Assembly: GCF_009914755.1 (NCBI RefSeq)
Contig: NC_060936.1
DNA length: 64,000 nucleotides
Source: the human T2T-CHM13v2.0 reference genome, Homo sapiens
Reading direction: 5' to 3' (one strand)
Part shown: positions 1 through 13,140 of the stretch, piece after piece
How positions within the stretch are numbered: position 1 is the stretch's first letter
Layout of the letters: each line of letters begins with the position of its first letter
Position numbers and translations under genes: made by a program
The notes under the pieces: model-generated
Told to the model about the DNA's origin: nothing
Seen by the model: the letters and a program-made list of their open reading frames with translations, nothing else
Database searches by the model: none

Positions 1-4
1 TCAA

Positions 5-165
5 ATTTTGACTCTGCCACAACTAGAGTATGTGGTGTCTGATAATTAATTTCTGAGTCTCAATTTTTTCATATGTAAAATCAGAATTAAATAATGTTGT
101 CACAATAATTTTGTAAGAAAGATGTTTACGCAGTGCCTGTAAGAAGATGTTCACTAAGTGGCAGG
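5..165 (+). mobile_element. MIR fragment
   Basis: Degenerate MIR core: ctctgccac...tctgagtctcaatttttcatatgtaaaat...cagtgcctg. Confidence 0.6.
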
Positions 166-1653
166 CAATAAATCATAATCGGCAACTTTTTAAAAATGAG
201 TAGATGAGGAAATAAACCAAAAGTGGTAGCCCAATTTCCACAAGTACTTGGAAGAATCAGTCCACATAACATCAAATCACTGTGGCTACACCATGCTTTC
301 CTAGTAAATTTTAGTACAAAACAGGAAAAGGTTTTAGGTTAATTGCATTACCCAATAGTCTGGAGAGTATTTAAACAAGCTTTGGAATTCATATCTACAA
401 GAAAACAAATAATGTGTTTATAATTATTTTAATTTTAGAATCTTTATGCTTCTCAAACAAGCAATTTTTTTAAATGAATGAATGCATTTTTAAATGAGAA
501 ACATGTTGAGGAGAGTATTTTTTCCAATATAAAGCCCAGATTAAATATGTAAGAGTTTAGTATTTGATTAACCTTATGTTTAAAACACACATTATTAAGT
601 ACCTTAAAAAGTACAAAGTATATAAAATTTCCTAATTGTCAACTGGACTGTCAATATACAGCTCAATTGAGATACAGTGACCTATCCTTTTCTTCTGATC
701 ACTAGCTGTATTTACACACTGGCATGAGGACACCGGCGTCATGAGACGGAGCAAATCACTGGTTTATAGAAAATGTACTCACTCTTTGCTTTTATAGACA
801 TTGTCAAACTTATTTTGAAAACTTATATTCTACGCGCCAGCAGTCTTTCTTTAGTTCTTGTGAAATAGTTTTTACAAAAAGTGAAAACATTACTCATAAG
901 CAACTACAGAGGAACTATAAAATAAGCTTAGTTAGATTAAAAACGTTAAACATTTACTTTATTTAGAAGTAAATGACTACATGTTGTGTACCTTCCTTGT
1001 GGCTGACTCTTGTATTGAACAAATTCCAGATCCAACAGTTCTCTCAGAAAATAATAAACATTTCCAACCCCTTTGTAAAAATGTGCAGATATGCATGTTT
1101 TAGGTTAATGTACAAATGTAATAATAACAAGATTACTATTCGTAAACCACATGATTCTTAAATCTTTACTGGATTTTAAAAGAACATGTTTGAAACAACT
1201 TTTGAAGTGATATAAACCCTTACATATTGAAATGCTGAATATTAGTTTCCATGTTTTAAATTTATAAAACTTATAGGATCCCTTACTAGATTTTTTACCT
1301 GGGATCTGATTCCTATTCTAAGCCTGCTTTTTTCAAATCATCTAATGTTATTTAGACGTAATTATCCCTTTCAAGCCACTGACTGACTCTATACATCTTC
1401 TATCTCAAACATTTACATGCCACCTAAAAGATTATCTACTTTCATCCACACACTGAATCTACAGAATCTACATTGCCCATGTCTTTAATTCATGAGCTCT
1501 GAAAGGCTATAGTATTGCTGAATGGATTATCTCCTTGAATCCCTTATTGGCAGTTCTAGAAGTGTTTGGTGTTTGCCTTTATAGCCCTTCTTCTAGAATA
1601 CACAAAATTATAGCCTTGCAAAAGAACCAGTTGTTGAATTACATCAAATGCCC

Positions 1654-2146
1654 CTGGCACTTTTGCTAAAAACAGATTCAACAGTTTGTGGGCCTGAATT
1701 AATGCACCGTGACCAGGGTCAGAAGAATCCATCAGAGATTCTAAGGGGAAACAAACCAGGCTCTAAAAAACTCTTGAAATAAGGCAGGTAGAGAAACTGG
1801 TCTAGAATTTTTGTTAAATTCTGGCACTTTTGTTAAAAACAGATTCAACAGTTTGTGGGCCTGAATTAATGCACCGTGACCAGGGTCAGAAGAATCCATC
1901 ACAGATTCTGAGGGGAAACAAACCAGGCTCTAAAAAACTCTTGAAATAAGGCAGGTAGAGAAACTGGTCTAGAATTTTTGTTAAATTCTAGCACTTTTGT
2001 TAAAAACAGATTCAACAGTTTGTGGGCCTGAATTAATGCACCGTGACCAGGGTCAGAAGAATGCATCAGAGATTCTGAGGGGAAATAAACCAGGCTCTAA
2101 AAAAACTCTTGAAATAAGGCAGGTAGAGAAACTGGTCTAGAATTTT
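1654..2146. repeat. Tandem triplication, 167-bp unit, ~3 copies
   Basis: Units start at 1654, 1821 and 1988 (ct[g/a]gcacttttg[c/t]taaaaacagattcaacag...). Copies differ at only a few positions. Confidence 0.97.
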
Positions 2147-5100
2147 TTAAAGTGACTTGGCCAGAGAACCTCCCGTACACAGCTCTGCTTTTATCAAGAT
2201 AAAAACAATTGAGAGTATTTTGCATGCAGATATTTGTGTTATAATTCTACAAATAAACATTAAGTCAGCAAAATACAAATTTTGCAATTACTTTGTTGAA
2301 AAACAAATGATCTGCTTAGATTAGTTAAAGCCGACATGGATCCCCAGATACTATCCTCAGGTGAGGTACCAATGCAATGAATGACCTTCGGTGTAATGGA
2401 ATTTCATGCTAGCTGAAATTGTGTGTGACTATTGGTTGCCAGCCGGAGTAAAGGCATTGTTTCTCCCTCCGCACTCAATAACTATGAGACTCTAAAAGGT
2501 ATTTCTTCACCTTTCACATTATTGTTACTCAGTGCTTCTGCTATAGATAAGGGCAAAAGAATCTGTAAACTGACCAGTTATACTACATCGCTTATAAGTA
2601 AAGAAGAAACAAATACTTCTTTTGGGCAGCTAATCAGTTTATAGCATATATTGACTGTTGTTGGCAGAACTTTTCAGTCAAACTGTTTTGTTCTGCAAAA
2701 CCAGATCGAGTGTCCTTTTTACATGTTTGCTAGAGGATTGTTTCTAATGTAACTTTAAAACCTAATTCACATTTCCAAAGTACCAGAGCATAAAATGGCA
2801 TGAATTCTAACAGGTAAAATAATCCAACATGAAAAATAACTTTATGCTCTTAGAAGTAGGTGACCTTTACTAACTCACATTGTTTCTTGAAAAATGAGAT
2901 TGACTTTAAGTGGGCATGACAACCATTAATTGATAGCTAAACTCTCCAAATCAAATGCTATTCATTTTTCCTATTTTAAAAAGTCTATCATTTTTTACTT
3001 TTTGAATATTAATAGTAAGAAACACTTCTCTAAACCCTTCCAAGCTATGATTGTAATATTTGTCCAAATGCTCTGAAACTAATTCACTGATAGGAATTTA
3101 AAACAGCACTTAAAAACAGAGCTCAGTTCTCACTTGGCTATAGTATGAAATATTCAGAAAAGGGAAAAGGGCACACACACACGCACACACTTATTCACTC
3201 ACACATCTCCTGGAACTAATTAAAAATTAAATGCAAACTGGCTAATATAAATGGAGGAGAAAAGTTTCCATGCACACCAAGACTCTGTGAATACTGTAAA
3301 GGCTGGAAACATCCTAACATATGCAAAGGTTCTATTTAAATACATTATTTTAAATTAACCTTCATAAATAACAATTCAATACATTCATATTTTCAGATTT
3401 TAAAAAAAAGATTACTTATTGTTCCCTCCCTCAACTAAACAAGTATACGAGAGCATAAGACTTACATCTTTATTTGCCTCAAAAAATAACTTCCCAAACA
3501 ACTACGCCACTGTTCTTGTCTAACTTCTGAAGCGGCAGGAAAACTACATTCCTGGGCCCTACATAATCTTTGTGCCTGACCCCAACAAGAACCTTTAAAT
3601 CAAATTCACTTACCCCCAGAGGGCAACACACTATTGTATCCTCTCCACTTTCTAGCCACCTATGAACAATGGATAGTAATTGCAACTGTCATGGGCAGTC
3701 AGTAGGAAAAGTAACCCAGTGCTGTTTTCTAGGTTTACTGCCAAACCTGAGTTGAACACCTAATAACCATGCCCTGAACAGAAGAAAGACCTACAGTTGC
3801 TTTTAAAATGCATCAGAAAACAGTGTTTTGAACAGAACCAGAGGACAATAACCTAACTTATACTCTGAATGTGAAGCTTAAAAAACTCAAAATTAAAGAC
3901 AGAAACTTCTTTTGTGATTGTACTGTAGCTTCCTAAACTAACCCCCAAGGCAAGCCTGAAAGGGACAGCTGAGCTTTCCTCTAAGCTTGTCATCACTGCT
4001 GTTGCTGCTTTTAAGTTTGACTTGTGAAGGAAAACGAGGGAGGGGAAAAAACGTTTGTCCTCCATTGGAATGAGATCAGAAGGCTTGGAAAAGGCAGTCT
4101 TCGCTGCTCTACTCTGAGTTATTACCTAGGTCAGAGGAGAATAAAAAACCTTGGAGAATGCATCTTATGCCTCAGGGGTAAATGGGTTAAAATCCATCAA
4201 AATAATATCAAGGACCTGCCGCCTCTGAAGATGAAAACTTCTCAGTTCTCCTTAAACTTTCTCTTCAAGCTCTTTAAGGCATATTGATTCTCATTCATTT
4301 GAATTTGATTCCATTGTAGATTTTGGTTACTGAATTTGTTGATTAGCACCAATTCATTTTCTCATCACCCTTTCACAAGTAATCATAGCCTAAATACATG
4401 TAATTCCAAATGATCTGCATGGAAAGTGAAATATTCAGCCAAACATTTTCCGGAAGTTTTTAGATATCCAGATGTTCATGTCATGTAGGCCAAACATTTA
4501 AGACTGATGCTTTGCCTTTCTCCAGGATACACTGATGGAGTAAAGCCTTAAGAGAGAAAATTGCTTCTGTCATTGGGAAAACACTTGCACGGACACACAT
4601 ATGCAAAAAAGTTATTTATACACCTATTTCTACATGTATAATAATATAAATCTAGTGATGTCTTAAATGTATATTCAGCCTCTACCAAAAATGTACACAG
4701 TAATATATAACTAAATATTTTATACGGATGACTAAGTATCTTGATTTTCTTAAAATCCTACTGTAGAACTCAGAATCTTAAGTGTCCTACTAGCAACAAA
4801 TAGAAAACTATCATAGATTGCCTACTGTGTTTTGAGAAAACATACTTTTAAATTAATTGAAAGGATAATTTGCTTTTATCTTATATGAGGAAATTAAATC
4901 TTCTCCCCTTGTTATTAGTAGGAGTTTATTAAGATATGAATAGTTTTATAGAACTTTTCTTAGCTGGATGTAATTGCTGATTCAAATAAAACCAAAACAA
5001 ATTGTTACCTTGACTGGTACAAAACAACCTTTTATTATGCTCTCCCCTTTCATCATTTCTGGTTTTAAATTTAGGTTCTACACACCCATATTTCTTATAT

Positions 5101-5454
5101 GTACAATGTACAAAATCTTATAAAATACAGTTTTTAACCTTGCTATAGGTACATTCTTACTTATAAAATAATTTAATTTTTGAAAATAATTTAATTTAAT
5201 TTTAATGATGAAAATCAGAGCCTGTTAGAGGTATAGTGGGGTGATTCTGTTGAAAACAACATATCATTTATTCCATAAGGCACAAACAAAGAAAGAATAT
5301 AAGAACCCTGCTACATCCTCCTTCAAGATAGAAAGAAGAAACCCTAAACACAGAGAATGCAAGAAGCAGAAGAGGTGAGGGCAGAAATACTTTATCACCA
5401 TTACTATTTCTGAATATCAACTTCATTTTGGTACATTTTGGATAAAAACAATCA

Positions 5455-5619
<165 letters not shown>

Positions 5620-7836
5620 CTATCTGCTAAAAATAAGGCCATCCCTATCCCAGCCCCACTTCATAATGGCTTCATCAAAAAACTGATAACAGGGGTGGAA
5701 AAAAAGAATGTGTCCTGTCACCTGCTGTTTCAAAATCATTAGCTTTTTCCTCTTGCGGAACAAAGCCATACTGATTCTTTATGACAATGGGTACACATAA
5801 ACCTTGCGGTTCATTGTTTTTCAATTTAGTGAACAAATTCTTGCTATAATGGATGCTTGTCAATTTCAGGGTGTTAGTCTGCAGTCAAAAAATAATTATG
5901 TTGATAAAATGCGGAGTAAAAAAAGGCAAAGAATTAGCTCTTAAATCTGCTACATGTAATTATATCCCTCTGTGTGTTTACAATTACATCCACTTTATAA
6001 TATGTGTTTAACATCGTGTGGCGGTAAGCACACTGTGGTAAGATTTGCCAGTACTGCGAACATAAAAAAAAACAAAAAAAAAATTGGTATAAAAGAAGCC
6101 TTAAAAAGATTGGAAAATCTAGAGAAGTGAGGAATGCTGCCTATAATGGAAACCTATTATTTGCTTATTTCAGATTTGTATCACACTCTTTTAAAATGCC
6201 CTGTATTCAGACAGGGCACACACATTTTAGAAAGCAAGGTGCTGCTTTAGTCTGGTATTTGTTTCTACATATAACATAGGTTTTGACCTTTCCTTTTGTG
6301 TTGAACTTTAATGTATAAGTAAATATAAATGCCAATAAAAACTCCCAAACATTAAACTCAGTTTCAAACAATATAATTGTATATTCTTGTCAGCACTTAG
6401 ATGGATACACAATTACAATGGCTTTCAATCCCGTGATTAGCGCAGCATTCACTTAGAAGATGGAATGTACTAAAAGATAAGTGTCCCAGTATGCTCCATC
6501 TAAATAACAATACCCACACTTATTATATAGATCAAGGACATACACTGCCATTCTCCACATTGGTGTTTATGTGTATGTGTGTTTGTTCAGGCATTTGTTT
6601 ACTCCCTACTAGGAGCATAAAGGGAGTACATGTTAACTTATCAAAGGGACCGTCTGGCCTAGAGACCGTAATATTATTAGAAACTGGTTAATTTTCCCCA
6701 CAGTAAGATGCATTTTAGAGAGTTTTCATCATCACGTTTAGTTAATGCTGTCTACTTTTTCCAGGGCCCCATCTTTACAGCGATCAGCTAGCAGAGTCAA
6801 AAAGCCTGTGTGGAGTTTTCAACAAAGCAGAGGTGCAATTTTCCTTGGAAAAAAAAAGTAACAATATGGAACACTTCTGTCTCACATGTCAGAAACTTGT
6901 GGAAAATAAAATGGTGAAAAGCTCTGAATGATTACTCTTTTACATAGTCTATATGTATACATATATACATATATGCAAATATGTATATGCCCTTACAACA
7001 ACTTCATAAATGCACATTTACCTACGGAATGAATTTGAAATGAATGAATGCAGTTGAAATGAATGAATGAAAAATGGATTTTTTCCCTCAGAACAAAATA
7101 CATAGCTCTATTTTTCACATTTAAGGAACTAATACCGAAAAATTTACTTTTAAGTTTTCTTAAAATATCCCAATTTCTATATGGTATTGGTTCAGAATAT
7201 TAACAGCAACTCTAGGAGTCATAAAACAGAGTAAATATCTTCATATTATAACCAGCATTTCTCTTCATTGACGCTTTAAAAGTAACTTTGAAATACTTCC
7301 ACAAGGACTTCCAACATTTCTACATTCCCAGTAAACAGTTTGAGAGTAAAATTATTTCTTAAACCTTATCAGAGTAGGTCAAACAAACACCACTGTCTCT
7401 TTTTTCCAGCACTCTACAAAAATTCTTGAGTAGCATGTAAACAGGGCACAGCCAATACGGTATTTGCAATAGAGTACTGTCAGTCATTAAAAGCTAACAA
7501 ACCTTTGCAAAGCAGGAATGCAGCAATAGAAATCCATTGTGCACTAACAATAGGCCCCTGAACCTCCAGGCACCAAAAGCAGACCATTTTACTTTTAAGG
7601 CTATTGTCTGCAAAGTCCATGACAAAGCTTTTCCCCTGCAGCTAGACAAAATATTCACTGTAGTGTGCTCATAAAGAAACAGAAGTCTTCTGTCTAAGTT
7701 GCAGAGTTAAAGAAACAGCAGCCAGATTTCTGAAACCTGCAGAACATTCCAGGCCTCTTTATTAACTAGCATAAAGATATAAGGCTGGTAAACAGAGCCA
7801 GTTTGTTCAAGTACTTGACTTTTAAGCACACACTAC

Positions 7837-7863
7837 AAAAAAAAAAAAAAAAAAAAAAAAAAA
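7837..7863 (+). repeat. poly(A)27 with no adjacent retroelement body
   Basis: Directly visible. Confidence 0.9.
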
Positions 7864-8004
7864 GAATAACTTCTTTAAGACTAAGTTATTTTGAAAATGT
7901 AAAATCAGAAACATATCTAAATCACGGTTGTCATGTCTGTGGATGAATAAAGACACTCATACTTACAACTTAGATGAGGTATATACTTTAAATTCAGATT
8001 CAAA

Positions 8005-8215
8005 TACATTTATTTAGCAGCCTATGTGCCAGAAACTATGCTAGAGGTTTTTATCTGTATTCTCTCATTTAATGGTAATAACCAAATGAAGACTTAGATC
8101 ATGTAACATCCATGTTACGGGTTTAAAGAGATGAAGCAGCACCAGCAAAAAGAAAAAAGAGAATTGCTCTGAGGTTCCACAAAATGTAATGGGCAGAATT
8201 GAGGTCTTGAACTAA
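8005..8215 (-). mobile_element. MIR fragment
   Basis: catttatttagcagcctatgtgccagaaactatgctagag...tctcatttaat. Confidence 0.6.
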
Positions 8216-8269
8216 GTTTTTTTTTTTTTTCCTACACATTCCTAACTCTCTTATCAACAACAAAATGAT

Positions 8270-8485
8270 AATAATAGCTACTATTTAGAGGGCTAAGGGC
8301 TAAGCAAGGTACCAGGTCCTTCACATGTGGTATCTCAGACTGCTCACAGTAATCTGCTGAATTAGATATTGGTACATCTGTTTTACCATTTAAGAAACCA
8401 AAACTTAGGAAGTTATCATGACTTGCCCAATGTGGAGCTAAATTCTACCTATTGGATCCCAAAATCTTTGTTCTTTGCAGCACAT
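8270..8485 (-). mobile_element. MIR fragment
   Basis: aataatagctactatttag...gaaaccaaaacttaggaagttatcatgacttgcccaa. Confidence 0.6.
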
Positions 8486-8489
8486 ACAT

Positions 8490-8840
8490 TGCTGTGGTTT
8501 GAATGGGTCCGCCCAAAAGCATGTGTTGAAAATTTAACCCCTAATCCAAAAGTGTTGGGAGGTGAGGCCTAATGGAAGGTATTTAGGTCATAAGGGCTCC
8601 ACCCACATGAATGGATTAAGGCTGATTATAGAAAGGCTTCAGGGTACAAGTTCCATCTGTCTCTCGTGTGTGCACTCCCTTATTCTTCTGCTTTCCACCA
8701 TGGGACGATGCAGCAAGAAGGCCCTCACCAGATGCTAGCACCTTGAGGTTGGACTTCTCAGTCTCCAGAACTGTGAGAAATAAATTTATTTTCTTTATAA
8801 ATCATTCAGTCTGTGTTATTCTGTTATGGCAACACAAAAC
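8490..8840 (+). mobile_element. ERVL-MaLR solo LTR (MSTD-like)
   Basis: tgctgtggtttgaatg...gggaggtgaggcctaatgg...gatgcagcaagaaggccctcaccagatgc...ccagaactgtgagaaataaa...ctgttatggcaacacaaaac. Confidence 0.85.
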
Positions 8841-8886
8841 ACACACACACACACACAGACACACACACACACACACACACACACAC
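8839..8886. repeat. (AC)n microsatellite, one interruption
   Basis: Directly visible. Confidence 0.95.
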
Positions 8887-10039
8887 TGTCCCTCATTTAA
8901 TCTACAAAACAGTTCTGGATCGTAGGAAAAATGATTCTTACTAACTCCCTTGGATAGATGAAGTAAAAACTTGATAAATGTTCTAGGGTAACACATATGT
9001 ATGAGCAGCAACTGTGGAATTAAAAGGTAGGCTTTTTTACAGTTTTTGTTTTCAGGGTGTGGTCCAATTATATGCCTTGCACTCTAGGATTCTGGATAAT
9101 TTAGTGACAACCTATAAGTATATAGCAGAGATATACAATGAAATTAATTTTACTTATATAGTAGAAGGAATATTGGGCTATAATTCAAACAACCTGGGTT
9201 CTCTCCAAGACAGTGACACTGGCTAGATTGGCCTGTGGGGGTGACGAGGGAAGGGGATCATAAGACATCATTTCACCCACTTCACCCCTCTCTCTGAATT
9301 TATGTAAAGCAAAGAGCTTCAAAAAAATCCACATTCAATACTCTACTAACTGCTAGTTTCCACTGGTAGTTCTTGAAATAACAGTAAGAAATAATCTCAT
9401 AATAATGAGCACAATGAATGGACATGTAGCAGTGATTAAATTTCTCTGAAAATGGTAAAGATATGGTAGAAAATGCATGTTTCAAAATGTAAAGGACCAA
9501 ATGGCAGAAGCCCAATATTTACAATACACCTGTTTGTTAACGTGTGAATATGAGTAAAGTGAAATTTGACACAATTATGTAAGTGTAAGTGCTGCTTCAC
9601 TGCTTATGAAGTGAATACAGTAATTATCTATTAAATATTTAATTTTCTAAAATAAGATTTTAAAAATGCACAAGCATAGAATCGTATTTTGTACTATGAA
9701 TATGGTATGTGGGGTGCCTAGTTATTTGCAAATGTTCAAATTCTGGAGTTTCCTTTAATTTTTTTTAAATTTTTGTGCGTACCCAGTAGATGTATGTATT
9801 TATGAGTTTCTTCTATTTTCATTTTAAGATGTGTCATGTTTTTCACTTAACTCTAAAAGAGTCTCCTGAAAATTCCTCCTCCTGAGAGTTCATTCTCCCA
9901 AGTACTGGAATATCATGATTACCTTCAAAGTAAGAACTAGGGCTCCCTAGATTAAAAATAAGTGTGAGTTAATAATCATTATTTGCATAGCATTTCCATT
10001 TACAGAATGCTGCCAGATACAATTTTGTCAGTGGCATAT

Positions 10040-10172
10040 ATAATTGTTATATCCATTTTGCAGATGAGGAAACTAAGGCTCAGAAAGATGCTTTGCCCAA
10101 CATCAGCTCATCAGTAAGTAGAACAGATGGAATACAAAACCAGGTTCTCTTAATTTCAGGATCTGTCTCTTT
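10040..10172 (-). mobile_element. MIR core
   Basis: ccattttgcagatgaggaaactaaggctcagaaag...ttgcccaa. Confidence 0.8.
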
Positions 10173-11324
10173 AGGGGAAAGGTAAATGCTTATATTTTAA
10201 AAAAGAACATAAAGTTAGGAAATAGGACGGATATAAGACAAATTCAAAATAAAATATACCCTTCATCATCAACACACTAATATTAAGATGAGTCTAATTG
10301 GCTCGCTATTGTTTCTTTCTGCCAACAGGACCCTTCTGATACATTTGCTTGCTTTTCCCTTCTCACTCTTGCCTCTTTTGCTCACATATGCTTCTTCACA
10401 TCAATGCCTATGGCAATCCCCACCAGTGAATGGCCCCCCCAACTGTGCCAGCCATTGTTACAACAGCATCCTGCCTCTTTAGGGCCTGCTCATTCCCTAT
10501 AACTCTCACTCCTTTTTCCCTTCAGTGCCAAACACTCTTAAGACCGACTCCCTCATCTGGAACAATGAGACCTAGAGACTCATGCCAACATATTGTAATT
10601 CTCCAACAAGCTGCCAGTGCCAAGAATTAAACCACATTTGCTCCAGTGCAGTAGCTTTACACACAAGCTCAGGTATTTGCTTTGTGTTTATGTAGGTTTT
10701 TTTCCTTAATCTCCCTTCAGCTGCTGTGGCAGAGCTCATTGAAAAATCGAACAAACAAAAAGTACGCTATGTATGATATTTGACTTTTAAACAAAGTCAC
10801 AGGAGTTAGGTTATACCAAACCTATCACTGTTGATACTTTAATTTTGCAGCTTAAACTAAGCTGTTTTATTCTTGACATGTGATAGTGTACACATTGAGG
10901 AATGGAAGTTGTCTTCTGGAGGTAACTAGATTTCAAAATATACCAATATCTCCTTCAAAGTAAGAAAGTAAAAGCACATGTAGACTATTCATGCCATAAA
11001 ATAAGAATTATAGAGCTGAAAAGGTCTTTATATATCATTTAGATAAGCACTTCATAAAAGCAATTGAGGAAAACATATATCTGACATAAATGGAACATAA
11101 ATGGTTTGGCTACTTAAAACTAAAACAACACACGCATTCGATTGTCATGCAAATCTAATTAACACTAAACAAATTTATATTTCCTCTCTACAAGATTTAG
11201 ATCATTTTAGGTACTAACAGGTTGGTAATTTTTAAACTAGTTACAGATTATGTAGTATTTTTAAAATATTTGACCAAGGAAATTAGTGTTGGGAGATGAC
11301 CGTGTGTATGGCTCAATACGATTT

Positions 11325-11480
11325 GGGTAATAACTGGTTTAGACCAAACTTTTCATTTTACAGACTAAAAAAGTACCAATTAGAGATGCTAAATAACTTG
11401 CCTAATATCACAAACCTATATAAAGGCAGAACTTGCAGTCCAATTTCCAGTTCAGTGTTCTTAACAGTATATCACATACT
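11325..11480 (-). mobile_element. MIR fragment
   Basis: cattttacagact...aataacttgcctaatatcaca...ggcagaac. Confidence 0.55.
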
Positions 11481-12071
11481 ACCACAAAGTTTTTTAAATA
11501 GACGGCCAAACTCTTGAAAAATGAAATTGTAGTTCTATTTTATTCACTTTGTCTAGCTTAAATTAGTAATTATTTGATAGGTGGTACTGTGGGCTAGTCT
11601 GTTTTAGAACTAAGTATTATTAACTCGATAATCTGTTTAAATTAGGTACTGTTAACTTGATGTTCTACTCTTGGAAGCTTTCATCTGGTAGCACCATGAA
11701 ACTGAAGAATAAATACAAGTTAGTGCATTTATTTAACCGAATTTATTTTTCTTCAAAAGGCTAATTACACTTTAATATGTTGCTATTTATTAAGTTATGT
11801 ATAATAAAATTATTTTTGAGGGGAAGATTGAGCTAAATCTGGAAATCATATATCAGTAAGAGTTCAATTCATGTTGACAATAGCTGCATATCTACACAAT
11901 ATTAGGGAGCAAATATTAAACAGCACAGTTTAAGTAATATTGACCTTTACATATCTGGAAAGCTATTTGTACACTAAAAACCAGAAGGCCCCTTAACAGT
12001 CCCCTTAGTCAAGTATTACAGCTAGTCGGCCACTGGACATACCAAGTTCTTCTAGGAAATATCAAAAAATA

Positions 12072-12235
12072 ACCTGGGCACAGTGGTGGGCCTATAGTCC
12101 CAGCTACTCAGGAGGCTGAGGCGAGAATACTGCTTCAGGCCAAGAGCTTGAGGCTGTAGCGTACTTTGTTTGCACCTGTGAATAGCCACCACACTCCTGC
12201 CTGGGCAATGTAGCAAGATTCCCCCCTCTAAAAAA
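12072..12235 (+). mobile_element. FAM (fossil Alu monomer)
   Basis: Monomeric, with the FAM-type gcacctgtgaatagccaccacactcc segment and a short A tail. Confidence 0.85.
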
Positions 12236-12934
12236 TTCGTAATATAACACATACCACAACAAACAATAGAAACACACAAGAAACTCCATAGCATTAAGAT
12301 TTAGATAAGCTTTATTTTTATATGTGATTGTCCTGAAGTGAATTAAACACTGGAAATACTTTACGTTTAGTATTGCCAAAATACTTGTTTGTTTCCACTT
12401 GAAAGTTAATGAGAGCCTGTTAATACAAAAAGAAAAAAAAAAAAAGTCTTTGGCTGACTCAAGTTTTACAATTTTTAATGTGAAGTTTTTAGAAAAATGT
12501 AATGTAATACTTAAATCATTAGTCATAGGCTTAAATTTTCTTGTTGCATCAGCTGAACCTGCTCAATTATAATTGGTTTTATATCACATTTTAGAAGAAT
12601 ATCTTTTATCACATGATTATGCCATAATCAATATGGTATCATTACTACATATCAATAACCTTAGGTTTACTCCTCACAAGACATATTTTCTATACAAAAA
12701 TCTCCACTAAAAGATAGGCATTATTCATATGTGATAGAAAATCATTCTTTCATCCACTCTATCACTCACAAAGTAACTGCATTTTCTTATATAGACTACA
12801 ACTCTTTGTTTTGTTCTTATTTCAAATATTAAATCCCAGCATTTCAACAAGAAATTGAAGAGCTAGTCCTCATGCACAAAATCTCCTTTATATTTTACTA
12901 CCAAATATTTACAATGATAATATAATGTCACATA

Positions 12935-13140
12935 TAACCTGACTCCATCACTTATTAAGTTTTGTGCCCTTTGGCAAGTAATGTAACCTCTCTATGCTTC
13001 CATTCACTTACCTGCAAAAGAGGCTAATAACTGCACTTACTTCATATGCTTGTTGTGAGAAGTAAATGAGATAATTTATGTAACGCCATTAAAACAGTGC
13101 CAGGCACATAGTGACACCCAAAAATGTTGACTAACATTAC
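12935..13140 (+). mobile_element. MIR
   Basis: ttggcaagtaatgtaacctctctatgcttc...ttgttgtgagaagtaaatgagataat...aacagtgccaggcacatagt. Confidence 0.85.

Noticed and set aside
1654-2146. CRISPR-like or satellite array
   Set aside because: Contiguous 167-bp duplicates with no unique spacers, no resemblance to alpha satellite, and the DNA is eukaryotic.
7755-7863. T27-gtAG acceptor with downstream AATAAA on the minus strand
   Set aside because: No clear branch point or strong donor, and AATAAA is frequent by chance at this AT content.
12072-12235. 7SL/SRP RNA gene or pseudogene
   Set aside because: Lacks the S domain. It is a FAM monomer, as is 40558-40722.
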